Source of the DNA: Candidatus Altimarinota bacterium
GTDB lineage: Bacteria > Patescibacteriota > Gracilibacteria > UBA4473
Length of the DNA stretch: 64,000 bases
Assembly: GCA_965231215.1 (NCBI GenBank)
Contig: OZ246423.1
Span: forward strand, 416,571 to 480,570
Direction of reading: 5' to 3'
The notes beneath the pieces were generated by a model. That model saw only the letters and a program-made list of their open reading frames with translations. It did not search any database and was not told the DNA's origin. Position numbers and translations under genes: made by a program. Positions 25,450 to 34,279 of the stretch are shown one piece after another. The number at the start of each line of letters is the position of its first letter. Positions within the stretch are counted from its first letter, which is position 1.

Positions 25450-27516
25450 ATGAAAAAACATATATCCACTTCGAAAACCAGACATTCGGTTTCTCTACTA
25501 CTTTTAGGGTTATTGACTCTGAACGTAATCCCTACTACGGCACAGGCAGAAGAAAGCTCTCCTGAAAGTGCCTGTTTTGAAATTTTGACCCAGGAAGCCA
25601 AAAACAATAGTCAATTTGCTCGTTTGGATCTGAGCCAAGTAAAGAAAGTGAATACAAGAAGAGGTCGAGACATTAGCTCCAAACCTTTTGCAGTGAACAC
25701 TTATGAAAAATTCAAGGAAATTTTTAATACTCCGATACCCAAAAGTTCCGGGCATCTGCCGAAGTTTCCTCACCGAATAGACGAAATCCCCCGACTCTAC
25801 AGACATACTCCCCAAATACACAAATCCAATCGCCCTAATATTATGGTTGTCATCGCCAACGGCCCCAAAACCGACATTGGCAATGTAGACAATGATCCGG
25901 CAACAGAGTACATAAACGGATATTTTTTGGATACTCGATATGTAACTTTTGGCAGGGCGACCGATTTCACCTTTTCATTTCCGTCTCTGGATCCGAACGC
26001 TCATGAATCCGAAGATTTTCCGTATGGAGCGCCTTACCAAGACATGCGAGAGTACCTTCTCTTTACCCATCACCTGAGTCCAGAAAAAGGCGGAGACTTT
26101 GTAAACTGCGGGCTGGTGAGCCTTACCCCTTTGGGAGACTATAAACTCAAAGCTCAAACTCCCAATGAAAAATCCATAAGGTGGCAATATTACGGGGGGG
26201 ATAGAGTCCTAGGAACCGACTTTAAAAATAGAGATATCCACAGTTACAATAACGATGATGATGAAAGCAACCATAATAACAGAGGCAATTTTAGAGTTTC
26301 GGACGTAAGATTTACAATAGCGGCCAAAGAAATAGGCGAAGACCAGATCCCTAATTACGACAATGATCTGGCCAGAGTCAATGCTATTAATGTCACCTAC
26401 GATAACGGTAATTCTTATTATAACGGATATCCTCTGGCCAAAATAGCCGAACAAGTAATGACCGACCCGAAAAATCAAGACTTGACCTATTTGGAATTGA
26501 GAGCCCTTTTTTACCAAGCCATAACCGAAACTCTAGACCTGGGCATCATGGGGGAAGGTTCTGATTTGGCATTCGAGTCACAGCTTTTGGCCAGCACATT
26601 AGAGCAACCCAATACTAATTCTCAAAGTCATAGTGGTCCCATCATTATGGAGAAATTTCCCTACGAAACCTTCCGGGAAGTTCAAAAAATCAAGGATGAG
26701 GCGACTCGAGATTGGCTTATTGCCGCCGGAGCCGCCGGACATATCGAAAGTTCATTAGGCCTTAGGAATAGAACGGATCTAAACACTTTTGAGAAAAACG
26801 CATTAGAAAACCCCCTAACATTAGAACAAAAAATAGAAAACATACAGTATGTGGTAGACCAGGCGGAAGATGTGGCAGATATCAATCTGAACGACATTGA
26901 ATATAAAGACGTTGTTTTCGGAGAGGCCGTTATTCCTGCCAGCGACAAGAGAGTTAAAGAAATAGCCAAATCAGCCTACCTACAACCCGAAATTGATGCA
27001 CTTATGACACAAAAAGAGCAGGAAATACAAACCCTAAAAAATGCACAAAATCCAACCGATTCGAGTCTTCCCGATCAGCAAAAAAACTTCGGACAAATAC
27101 AGAAAATCGAAGACCGTTACTTTGGGAAACTCAACACCTTGATGTCATTTGAGAACGAATATAAAACCCTTAAAATCGAAGCCCTGGCAATAAAAAACAA
27201 GCATAAATCTAAGCGGATCAACCAAACACAATACGAAAGTCAGGCGCAAAAAGTATTGAAAGATTTCCAATCTTTGGTTCAAAAAACAAAAGTGAAAGGC
27301 CAAAGCCTCATTACCCCGACAAGAATCGATGAGCTCTCCGGTGGCCTCTTTGGAAACATCTCTAAAAAGAACATAACGGAGTTAACCGCAGAACCTCCAC
27401 AAGCGTCACACGACTTGACTAAATACATGAACTGGGGATTTGCTCTGTTTTTAGTAGTTCTAGCCTTCGCTTTAGCCTGTTTAGGACTAGTAAGCCTGAA
27501 AAAAAGTAAAAAATAA
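25450..27516 (+). CDS. cassette 1 exported protein with C-terminal TM anchor (M1)
   Basis: The track ORF starts at TTG 25441, and ATG at 25450 is likelier. It has a signal peptide (SVSLLLLGLLTLNVIPTTAQA) and a C-terminal TM plus basic tail (WGFALFLVVLAFALACLGLVSLKKSKK). It aligns end to end with 37311..39350. Confidence 0.85.
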   Translation: MKKHISTSKTRHSVSLLLLGLLTLNVIPTTAQAEESSPESACFEILTQEAKNNSQFARLDLSQVKKVNTRRGRDISSKPFAVNTYEKFKEIFNTPIPKSSGHLPKFPHRIDEIPRLYRHTPQIHKSNRPNIMVVIANGPKTDIGNVDNDPATEYINGYFLDTRYVTFGRATDFTFSFPSLDPNAHESEDFPYGAPYQDMREYLLFTHHLSPEKGGDFVNCGLVSLTPLGDYKLKAQTPNEKSIRWQYYGGDRVLGTDFKNRDIHSYNNDDDESNHNNRGNFRVSDVRFTIAAKEIGEDQIPNYDNDLARVNAINVTYDNGNSYYNGYPLAKIAEQVMTDPKNQDLTYLELRALFYQAITETLDLGIMGEGSDLAFESQLLASTLEQPNTNSQSHSGPIIMEKFPYETFREVQKIKDEATRDWLIAAGAAGHIESSLGLRNRTDLNTFEKNALENPLTLEQKIENIQYVVDQAEDVADINLNDIEYKDVVFGEAVIPASDKRVKEIAKSAYLQPEIDALMTQKEQEIQTLKNAQNPTDSSLPDQQKNFGQIQKIEDRYFGKLNTLMSFENEYKTLKIEALAIKNKHKSKRINQTQYESQAQKVLKDFQSLVQKTKVKGQSLITPTRIDELSGGLFGNISKKNITELTAEPPQASHDLTKYMNWGFALFLVVLAFALACLGLVSLKKSKK

Positions 27517-27533
27517 AAACACTCTCGAAAAAC

Positions 27534-30500
27534 ATGAAATTCTCAAATCTCGGTCTCTGGCGGGTGATATATGTGTTTAGTATCTGTTTTTTACTGGAAT
27601 CGTTAACCCTGGCACAAAACACAAATTTTGATACCAATGTAAATGTACAATACTCAAACCAAAACAATAGTGTCTCCACTCAATTTCCAGGAGATCGAAA
27701 TCAGGGAAGCTCAGCCCATGATCTAACCCCTTTGGGGCCGGTCGTTTCTCAGAGCACTACTACTAGTCAATCCGGAAGCGTAACCACAACCACCACAAGT
27801 GTCACCAGTCAAAGCCCCACTCTTTCGGGCATAAGTCAAAAAAACGAAGGTATTTGGTATGTTTCTTTCAGACGAGACAATGTCGGCGGAGTTCAAACCG
27901 GGAGTGAGATTGTAAGACACGACCTTACCCCGCCTCGGTGTAATAACCAATGGCCTCGCGGCCTGGATGGAGCCTGGACTAATAAGCCTATTGTTTTTGA
28001 TGCCGGAGATGCCGGTGTTTGTGTCGATCAATTAACCCAAAACGGAGTATTGCTCGATAACCAAGGTTCGGGTTGCCGAAAAGGGGAAACCATTAAAATT
28101 TTCGATCACGGGGAAAGTACAAATTTTTCAATTCAAGATAATGTCAACAATCTTAGCCCCACCGAATGCCAGACTCCCGAATCCAAAATTGACTGCTTGG
28201 TTCCTAGGTTAAATAGTGTTCAATTACAGCATAAAGGGTTGGGATTGCCAGTTGAACCCCTGGCTCAAAACCTACTACAGCCCAATACTTTCAGAGCTGA
28301 TGATGGAGCTTTGAATTTGATTATGAATGTTTTTGATAGTCCCCCTAATGCCACTTGTAACATTTCAGGTATTAATTGGAGCGAACTAAGTCACCAAAGT
28401 GAAATAAAACAAGAACAATATGACTTAGCCAATCTCATTAGTGAACAAGAACTCATAGAAAGAGAATTAGAACTACAAGAAGCCCAATTCATTACCGAGA
28501 ATGGAAACCTCATCCTGACTTTACTCAAAAATATTACCGCACAGATAGAAAAAAACCTATGGCAAGAAAGTATTAATGAACTTAACTCAGCCAACTCCGA
28601 AATAAAAACCAGACTAAGATCATTTAATGATGAAGTCCAAACACTCAATAATCTGAAATTAGAAAAACAAAAAATAAACCAAATTCAAGATTTATTACAG
28701 AACTCCGAATTTATAGATCCGGAAACCAAAAATCAACTAATCGAAAAGTTAAAAAAAGTAAATCCAGAATTTTTGGAATCAAGAATAGTAAATCACAATA
28801 TAGAAGTGCAAAAAATGGTTCAGGAATTTAGCCTTTTAGCTCGGAAGTTATCCGACTCATCAAAAATAGAACAAAACACGACTGTGCTTTCCGACCTTTT
28901 AGACCAATGGCAGGTGAGCATTACCAAAGATTATTCACACTTAATACCCAATTGGACCAGTGTCATTTTGGAAACAGACTCACTCATAAATCAACAATAC
29001 AACCAGCATTACTTACCACTCAAAAGTGCCTACCAAAATACCAACCTGAAAAGCAAACTTCAGGCTTTGCCCGAATATAATCCCGAAACCCATTTATCTC
29101 AGCTTCTGGAATCCTTTGAAAACGGAAGTGATAAGGCCAGACTAAATGTGATCGAAACGCGGGAAAATCTAAGCCAGCTCAATAGCGAGATGCATTCTGT
29201 GATTACCTACCTCAATAACTATCAGCCGGTAGACCAAAATTTTGATGAAAGGCCTATAGAAGACCTAATAAACAGAATCCAAATACTCAGCCTAAATGTG
29301 GAAACCCTAAACACAGACCTGGATGATGCCGTTGGAATACTCGGGAAGCCTCTATTGGACATTGACTATTACACACAGGAACCTACCGACGTGTTTATAT
29401 CAATACTTGACGAAACCATAAGCAAATCTCAACAAATTATTCAGGAAAGTACCCAAAAAATCACCAACAACAAAACACAAATTCAGGAAATTAAAGCACA
29501 AATCGAAACTAAAAACGAAGAAATTGCGGCCGTTTCAGCTCGTATTATCGAACTTCAAGAAGAAAGTATTGAGGATGACAGTGCTGACCTAAAACAACTA
29601 GAAATTTCTCACGTGGAGATTGAAAGAACTACCGGCCCAAGCAAAGTAGAAGAATTCATTAACCTATCTCCCACACCAGTCGGGGGGGATATTTATGAAT
29701 GGAATATTAATCAGTATACCTTCCCTGGAGAAAGTTATCCTATCTTCTCTCAGGCCGGAGACTACAAAATTACTCTTAGGATTTACGATAAAGCCGGTAA
29801 CCAGGTGACCCCTAACCGGATCGCTCATATAAGAATTCATCCGGCCGCCGCCCACGAAACCCAAACAGAAAACACTCTCACTCACGATTGTGATAAAACA
29901 AACCTCTGGGCCAACTACAGTGATCGATGTGATATTGATTTCACCGTCAAAGATGAATGGGAAAATCCTATTGCACAAAACTCTGCCCTAGAGATTTATG
30001 CCGTTACACAAGATACAGAAGGTTCTTACGACATCATTACTGGAAATGGGGAAAACTACCCCAACGGGCTCAGGTTTGACGCAGGGGTCAAAGTAGACGG
30101 TAAACACAAAGTTAATTGGAATAGCAGCACCAGTGGCGCTCAAAACATGAAAATGAGAGCCATACTCCCAACCGTAAATATCATTAACGGTATCGACGGA
30201 GCCGCTCTAATGTCTGTCAGTCGAAAACCACTCGCTCTAAATTTTATTTATCCACAAGTAAATGAGAGAGGGCTTGTGCAGCCTGAAACTCAGAACTTTG
30301 GCATTGATATCCACGCAAGATTCAAACCTTGGGTTTATCTACACCTAAGTGATAAACAAGATAACCAACCTCCAACCAGCCCTTGGGTCGTTCAAAAAGA
30401 TGTAGAAAAATGTATCTATACTTATGCTACAACCGAGTCTTCTTCTAGAAACTTGCCGAGAAACTTCAATGTATACCTCAAAGGCCATACAGACAATGGC

Positions 30501-32045
30501 GTGATTCTTTACAATAAAGATCTTAAATCACCCGAAAAAGGATACCCTATTACTTTCCGAAACATTATTGGGGTTTCCAGCGCTGAAAACGATGGAACCA
30601 CGGGTTCTCCTGCCGCAGAACAAACCTGTACACATCTAGGATTCTCTGGCGGTCAGGTAAACGTAAGCTCTGCTTATACTTCTAGAATTGAATATGTCGT
30701 AGATGGAAAACAAATTGTTCTACCAGGGGGTAACCTTGGAATGTTCGCAGGAGAAAGTTGTGTCTTTGCTGACATTTGTCCTGTGAGCTGCCCAGCAGAT
30801 CCTCCAGTAGGACACCGATGTCATATTTGTTCTCTCTACCCTGACCTCTGTTGTACAGACCCAGTGGCTTGTAATCCAATCTGTACCAGTCCGCCCTGTT
30901 CTGGAGTTCCTGTTTGTACTAATCCTCCTTGCTCTGGTTTAGCCGGAGGCGGTGATGACGACGACGATGATGACGACGACGATGACGATGATGATGACGA
31001 TTTTGCAGTTGAATGTGCCGGACTTACCCCTCAAGAATGTATCTGTCAGGTGATCCTCCCAGGCTCTTGTGTAGAAACTGAGTACCTAGAACCAGGCGCT
31101 GATATTGAAGGTGGTTTCCTCGCTTCAGACGATGAATTTGTGTACATCAATTCTCAAACTAAAACCATTGAAGTAAACGATGAAGCCGTTGGCCTTGGAG
31201 ACACTTTCGTAACAGACGTACGAGAAGATGTTAATAGAAATATCTACGATATCACTCGAGGTATCCCCGCTATTCCAAACAGTGGAAATACCATTGATCT
31301 AAAACTTCGAGATCTAGAACACAAAGGAATCACTTACATTGAGGGCGGTTTAGTCAGAATCGGTTTCCATAGTAATGGAGCTGTCGGGACTCAGAATAAT
31401 CCGGCCCAAATGTCAGGCGGAGCCCATACCCTCATCATCAAAGACGGGAACCTCCTAATCGCTGGTGACCTAGCTTATGACTCCATTGATGATTCATTCG
31501 GTATTGTGATGCTCAATACCAGCAGCGAAACTCCATTCTTAGCTGGACCTGACGTTGGTAATGTCTTCATCCACCATAACGTAAAACACGTAGTTGGAAA
31601 CATCTACGCTGATGGCTCTATCCTCAGTACTTCATCTCTCTCCGCTCCAACAGGCATAGAACCCGATATTGTAGCTGAACGAGAAAACATTGATGGAGTC
31701 CTAAAACAACAACTCATACTTACCGGCTCTATTCTTACAAGAAACACCCTTGGAGGCTCCCTTCTGGTAGAACCTAAAGATCCTTGGGGCAGAGTCGTCT
31801 CTATTGAAGACGCTCAAAAATATGACCTTCACTATATACGAAGATACCTTCCTCGGTTTGAGAGCCCCTCTCCTGGCGTGATTCTCCATCAAAACAAACC
31901 AGACTGTACTCAATTCGCTCCTGATGTCTGCTACGACAATAAACACTCCTTCATCATTAGAATTGACCCAAGAATTAGAGAAAATCCCCCTCCTGGGTTT
32001 AGCCTCTCAGAATCTGTTGATTTCCAATCTAATTTTGGGAACTGA
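27534..32045 (+). CDS. cassette 1 giant secreted protein (G1)
   Basis: Track ORF of 1503 aa with a signal peptide (VIYVFSICFLLESLTLAQ). After an S/T-rich linker comes a Cys-containing N domain (VRHDLTPPRCNNQWP...). This is followed by a ~400-aa coiled-coil-like region and PKD/Big-like beta domains (AGDYKITLRIYDKAGNQVT). The C-terminal part has a Cys/Pro-rich segment, 16 consecutive Asp and a beta-helix-like tail. Confidence 0.9.
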   Translation: MKFSNLGLWRVIYVFSICFLLESLTLAQNTNFDTNVNVQYSNQNNSVSTQFPGDRNQGSSAHDLTPLGPVVSQSTTTSQSGSVTTTTTSVTSQSPTLSGISQKNEGIWYVSFRRDNVGGVQTGSEIVRHDLTPPRCNNQWPRGLDGAWTNKPIVFDAGDAGVCVDQLTQNGVLLDNQGSGCRKGETIKIFDHGESTNFSIQDNVNNLSPTECQTPESKIDCLVPRLNSVQLQHKGLGLPVEPLAQNLLQPNTFRADDGALNLIMNVFDSPPNATCNISGINWSELSHQSEIKQEQYDLANLISEQELIERELELQEAQFITENGNLILTLLKNITAQIEKNLWQESINELNSANSEIKTRLRSFNDEVQTLNNLKLEKQKINQIQDLLQNSEFIDPETKNQLIEKLKKVNPEFLESRIVNHNIEVQKMVQEFSLLARKLSDSSKIEQNTTVLSDLLDQWQVSITKDYSHLIPNWTSVILETDSLINQQYNQHYLPLKSAYQNTNLKSKLQALPEYNPETHLSQLLESFENGSDKARLNVIETRENLSQLNSEMHSVITYLNNYQPVDQNFDERPIEDLINRIQILSLNVETLNTDLDDAVGILGKPLLDIDYYTQEPTDVFISILDETISKSQQIIQESTQKITNNKTQIQEIKAQIETKNEEIAAVSARIIELQEESIEDDSADLKQLEISHVEIERTTGPSKVEEFINLSPTPVGGDIYEWNINQYTFPGESYPIFSQAGDYKITLRIYDKAGNQVTPNRIAHIRIHPAAAHETQTENTLTHDCDKTNLWANYSDRCDIDFTVKDEWENPIAQNSALEIYAVTQDTEGSYDIITGNGENYPNGLRFDAGVKVDGKHKVNWNSSTSGAQNMKMRAILPTVNIINGIDGAALMSVSRKPLALNFIYPQVNERGLVQPETQNFGIDIHARFKPWVYLHLSDKQDNQPPTSPWVVQKDVEKCIYTYATTESSSRNLPRNFNVYLKGHTDNGVILYNKDLKSPEKGYPITFRNIIGVSSAENDGTTGSPAAEQTCTHLGFSGGQVNVSSAYTSRIEYVVDGKQIVLPGGNLGMFAGESCVFADICPVSCPADPPVGHRCHICSLYPDLCCTDPVACNPICTSPPCSGVPVCTNPPCSGLAGGGDDDDDDDDDDDDDDDDFAVECAGLTPQECICQVILPGSCVETEYLEPGADIEGGFLASDDEFVYINSQTKTIEVNDEAVGLGDTFVTDVREDVNRNIYDITRGIPAIPNSGNTIDLKLRDLEHKGITYIEGGLVRIGFHSNGAVGTQNNPAQMSGGAHTLIIKDGNLLIAGDLAYDSIDDSFGIVMLNTSSETPFLAGPDVGNVFIHHNVKHVVGNIYADGSILSTSSLSAPTGIEPDIVAERENIDGVLKQQLILTGSILTRNTLGGSLLVEPKDPWGRVVSIEDAQKYDLHYIRRYLPRFESPSPGVILHQNKPDCTQFAPDVCYDNKHSFIIRIDPRIRENPPPGFSLSESVDFQSNFGN
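29496..32043 (+). repeat. 2,548-bp near-identical direct repeat, copy 1 (3' part of G1)
   Basis: It matches 41293..43840 at a constant offset of 11,797 bp. The antisense track ORFs 29664..29978, 30682..30879 and 31701..31946 recur unchanged at +11,797. The differences I found are 29981 C vs 41778 T and 31976 T vs 43773 C, both synonymous. Confidence 0.95.
30954..31001 (+). repeat. (GAY)16 trinucleotide tract encoding poly-Asp in G1
   Basis: The tract is gat gac gac gac gat gat gac gac gac gat gac gat gat gat gac gat, flanked by GGG and FAVEC. Confidence 0.95.
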
Positions 32046-32152
32046 TACTTTTGAGGTTTAAGTGGCTCTGTGTCTGTTTGTGAAGCCTATTGTTTTCAAT
32101 CTTGTTTTTCTATACTAAAAAATTTCTTGTAGAATAAGGTCAGACATAAAAA

Positions 32153-32956
32153 ATGCCCAAATTTAGTATTATCACCATTAATTACGGAAACTCCCAAAAG
32201 ATTAAAAAGCTTTGGGAATCTCTGGCACAAAAATCACCAAAAAATGATTTTGAGTTTATTGTGGTAGACAACGCTTCTCCAAATGAAGACGGGGAAGCGA
32301 TTCGAGTATTTTTGGAAGACAAGCAAGAGTGCCACACAATTTTACTGCATAAAAACTTGGGGTTCGGTGGCGGGTATAAAGAGGGCGTAAAATTTGCACA
32401 AGGCGAGTATTTGGGAGTCATAAATCCAGATATAGAAGTAAAAGCAAACTGCCTAGAGGCACTTTTAGAAGTTCTAGAAAAAAAAGAAAACGCCGGAATT
32501 GTAGCCCCTCGGTTACTCAACCATGATGAAACACCTCAGCAAAATGCTCGAAAATTTCCCACTGTTTGGGTGATGTTTGGACGTCGACTCTCTAGTAAGT
32601 TTAAATGGGCCTATGATAGTGATCCTGCCTGGTACAAAACCGAAAAAGTTACCCCTGTAGACTGGGTACAAGGCAGTTTTATGTTGATGAAAACTAAATT
32701 TTTTACAGAAACACTACAAGGATTCGACCCTCGATTTTTTCTCTTTTTAGAAGATACTGATCTCTGCCGAAGAACTTGGGAAAAAGACAAAAGAGTCTTG
32801 CTAGTACCAGAAGCCCAAGCCTACCACGGAGAAGAAAGATTATCTGGCGGCCATTTCTGGAAAGCTATTTGGAAAAAAACTTTTTGGGTACACGTACAAT
32901 CTGCCTGGAAGTACTTTTTTAAATACCTATTTAAGAAAAAACCAAAGGTAAAATAA
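32153..32956 (+). CDS. family-2 glycosyltransferase
   Basis: Motifs seen are FSIITINYGN, FEFIVVDNASPNEDGE and FLEDTDLCRR (GT2 DxD/ED motifs). Its stop overlaps the next start by 1 nt (TAATG). Confidence 0.85.
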   Translation: MPKFSIITINYGNSQKIKKLWESLAQKSPKNDFEFIVVDNASPNEDGEAIRVFLEDKQECHTILLHKNLGFGGGYKEGVKFAQGEYLGVINPDIEVKANCLEALLEVLEKKENAGIVAPRLLNHDETPQQNARKFPTVWVMFGRRLSSKFKWAYDSDPAWYKTEKVTPVDWVQGSFMLMKTKFFTETLQGFDPRFFLFLEDTDLCRRTWEKDKRVLLVPEAQAYHGEERLSGGHFWKAIWKKTFWVHVQSAWKYFFKYLFKKKPKVK

Positions 32957-33816
32957 TGCCCATTATTGATACCCATAACCACATTTATTTCCCAGGTTTA
33001 GAGACTGAAACCGTTATTAAAGCCGCTCAAAAAGTTGGAGTGGGCAGACAAGTCCTCATTGGAATCGATGAGCTTTCCTGCCTCCAGGTAATCAATCTTA
33101 TTAAAAAGTATGAAGATCTTTACGGGACTCTTGGGCTCCATCCCTGTGACGTAGACCAACTAGGTAGGCGCAACGAGTTTCAAGACTATCCAGGGGCTGG
33201 CAATTACACATTCAAATGTCACACTCTCCCAGAGTACTTCCAGTGGATTGAAACGCTTTACAGCCAAAATTCTGACCCTATTGTAGGATTCGGGGAAACT
33301 GGATTTGACCGCTATCACCGCGATACTCCGACCCTAGTCAAACTCCAAGAAGAGAGTTTTGAGTCTCATTTGGAACTGTGCGTAAAACACCAAAAAACCT
33401 GTATAATTCACTGTCGAAAGGCCACCCAAAACTGTCTTAATTTTATGAAAAAACAGGCCCATAAATTTAAGTCTATAAACTTTATCTGGCACTGTTTTGA
33501 CGAAGACTTAAACACCGCAAAAGCGGTCATTGACCTAGGCGGGAAAATTGGTATCGGCGGTATCATCACCTACCCCAAATCTGAAACTCTTAGAGAAGTG
33601 GTAAAAGCCATCCCCCTCCAATCCCTCGTTACCGAAACCGATGCTCCATTTCTTACCCCTTACCAAGCCCGCAAAAAACATACAAAAAATTCACCCGAAT
33701 TTTTACCTGAAATTATCACTACTATCGCCCAAATCACACAGCAAAATCCAAGAGACTGTGCTGATAGGCTATATCAAAACGGATGTGAAATTTTCAACCT
33801 CAAAAATGGTGACTAG
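32956..33816 (+). CDS. tatD: TatD-family metal-dependent hydrolase/DNase
   Basis: Motifs seen are IIDTHNHI, GLHPCD, IHCRKA and VTETDAPFLTP, in 286 aa. Confidence 0.85.
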   Translation: MPIIDTHNHIYFPGLETETVIKAAQKVGVGRQVLIGIDELSCLQVINLIKKYEDLYGTLGLHPCDVDQLGRRNEFQDYPGAGNYTFKCHTLPEYFQWIETLYSQNSDPIVGFGETGFDRYHRDTPTLVKLQEESFESHLELCVKHQKTCIIHCRKATQNCLNFMKKQAHKFKSINFIWHCFDEDLNTAKAVIDLGGKIGIGGIITYPKSETLREVVKAIPLQSLVTETDAPFLTPYQARKKHTKNSPEFLPEIITTIAQITQQNPRDCADRLYQNGCEIFNLKNGD

Positions 33817-33883
33817 GGGCGGACTTGAACCGCCGACCTCCGGGTTATGAATCCGACGCTCTAACCAGCTGAGCTACCCAGTC
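33807..33883 (-). tRNA. tRNA-Met(CAT), elongator or lysidine-type Ile2 not distinguishable; CCA encoded
   Basis: The minus strand folds as a cloverleaf. The acceptor is GACTGGG/CCTAGTC (7 bp, one G-U), the D arm is GCTC-AGCTGGTTA-GAGC, and the anticodon loop is TTCATAA (CAT). The variable loop is AGGTC, the T arm is GGCGG-TTCAAGT-CCGCC, and the discriminator A is followed by CCA. G1-C72 argues against an initiator. It overlaps the tatD stop by 10 nt on the opposite strand. Confidence 0.9.
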
Positions 33884-33929
33884 ACGAACGCGATTGTATG
33901 ATTTTTGTGCCTTCGGTCAACTGACAATC

Positions 33930-34154
33930 TTAGTCTTTTTGAAAATTCTGTTTCCACACCGGAATAAGAATATACCAAATAAACAGATAGCTCAGAATGC
34001 CCCAAAAACACGACCACCAAAAAATCTGAATACTCAGTACATGTGGGAGCAGTACTTCTTGAAAAGGGTTCAGTCCTGTCGGGTCATTCCCTTCTAACCC
34101 CGGTAATACAACCAGAGGCAAATCTTGAAACCAACTTTTTTCATACATAGTCAA
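33930..34154 (-). CDS. small membrane protein with WWS motif (partner of the polytopic paralogs)
   Basis: Track ORF of 74 aa. Its C-terminal TM IFWWSCFWGILSYLFIWYILIPVWK resembles PLWWSIFATVSLVVIYVFLIEPYLK of 46211..46393. Both lie immediately downstream of an HTTM-like paralog. I prefer it over the overlapping + strand ORF 33894..34097. Confidence 0.45.
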   Translation of the reverse strand: MTMYEKSWFQDLPLVVLPGLEGNDPTGLNPFQEVLLPHVLSIQIFWWSCFWGILSYLFIWYILIPVWKQNFQKD

Positions 34155-34279
34155 AAATAAAAGAGTTTAAAAACAAAAAATTCTAGGATCTAAATTTTTT
34201 ATTAAATAAGCATATTCCCTTCATACGGGTTTGAAGAAAAAATGTTAAGGGCCAACGAAGTTTGTGGGTTTTCATCACT

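Noticed and set aside
30954-31001. Simple-sequence tract as a CRISPR-like or phase-variation repeat
   Set aside because: It is an in-frame GAY codon run with no spacers or repeats of CRISPR size. Both copies have the same length, so there is no direct evidence of slippage.
29496-32043. The 2.5-kb repeat as an insertion sequence or other mobile element
   Set aside because: Both copies are in-frame 3' parts of paralogous genes. There are no transposase, terminal inverted repeats or target duplications. Identity ends at the stop codon.
27534-32045. Alternative genetic code (UGA recoding, as in some candidate phyla)
   Set aside because: G1 terminates at TGA exactly where its paralog G2 terminates at TAG. 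Long ORFs are intact under the standard code.
33894-34097. 67-aa + strand ORF next to the tRNA
   Set aside because: It overlaps the minus-strand 74-aa ORF, whose C-terminal TM resembles the small protein at 46211-46393 in the equivalent position after an HTTM-like gene.
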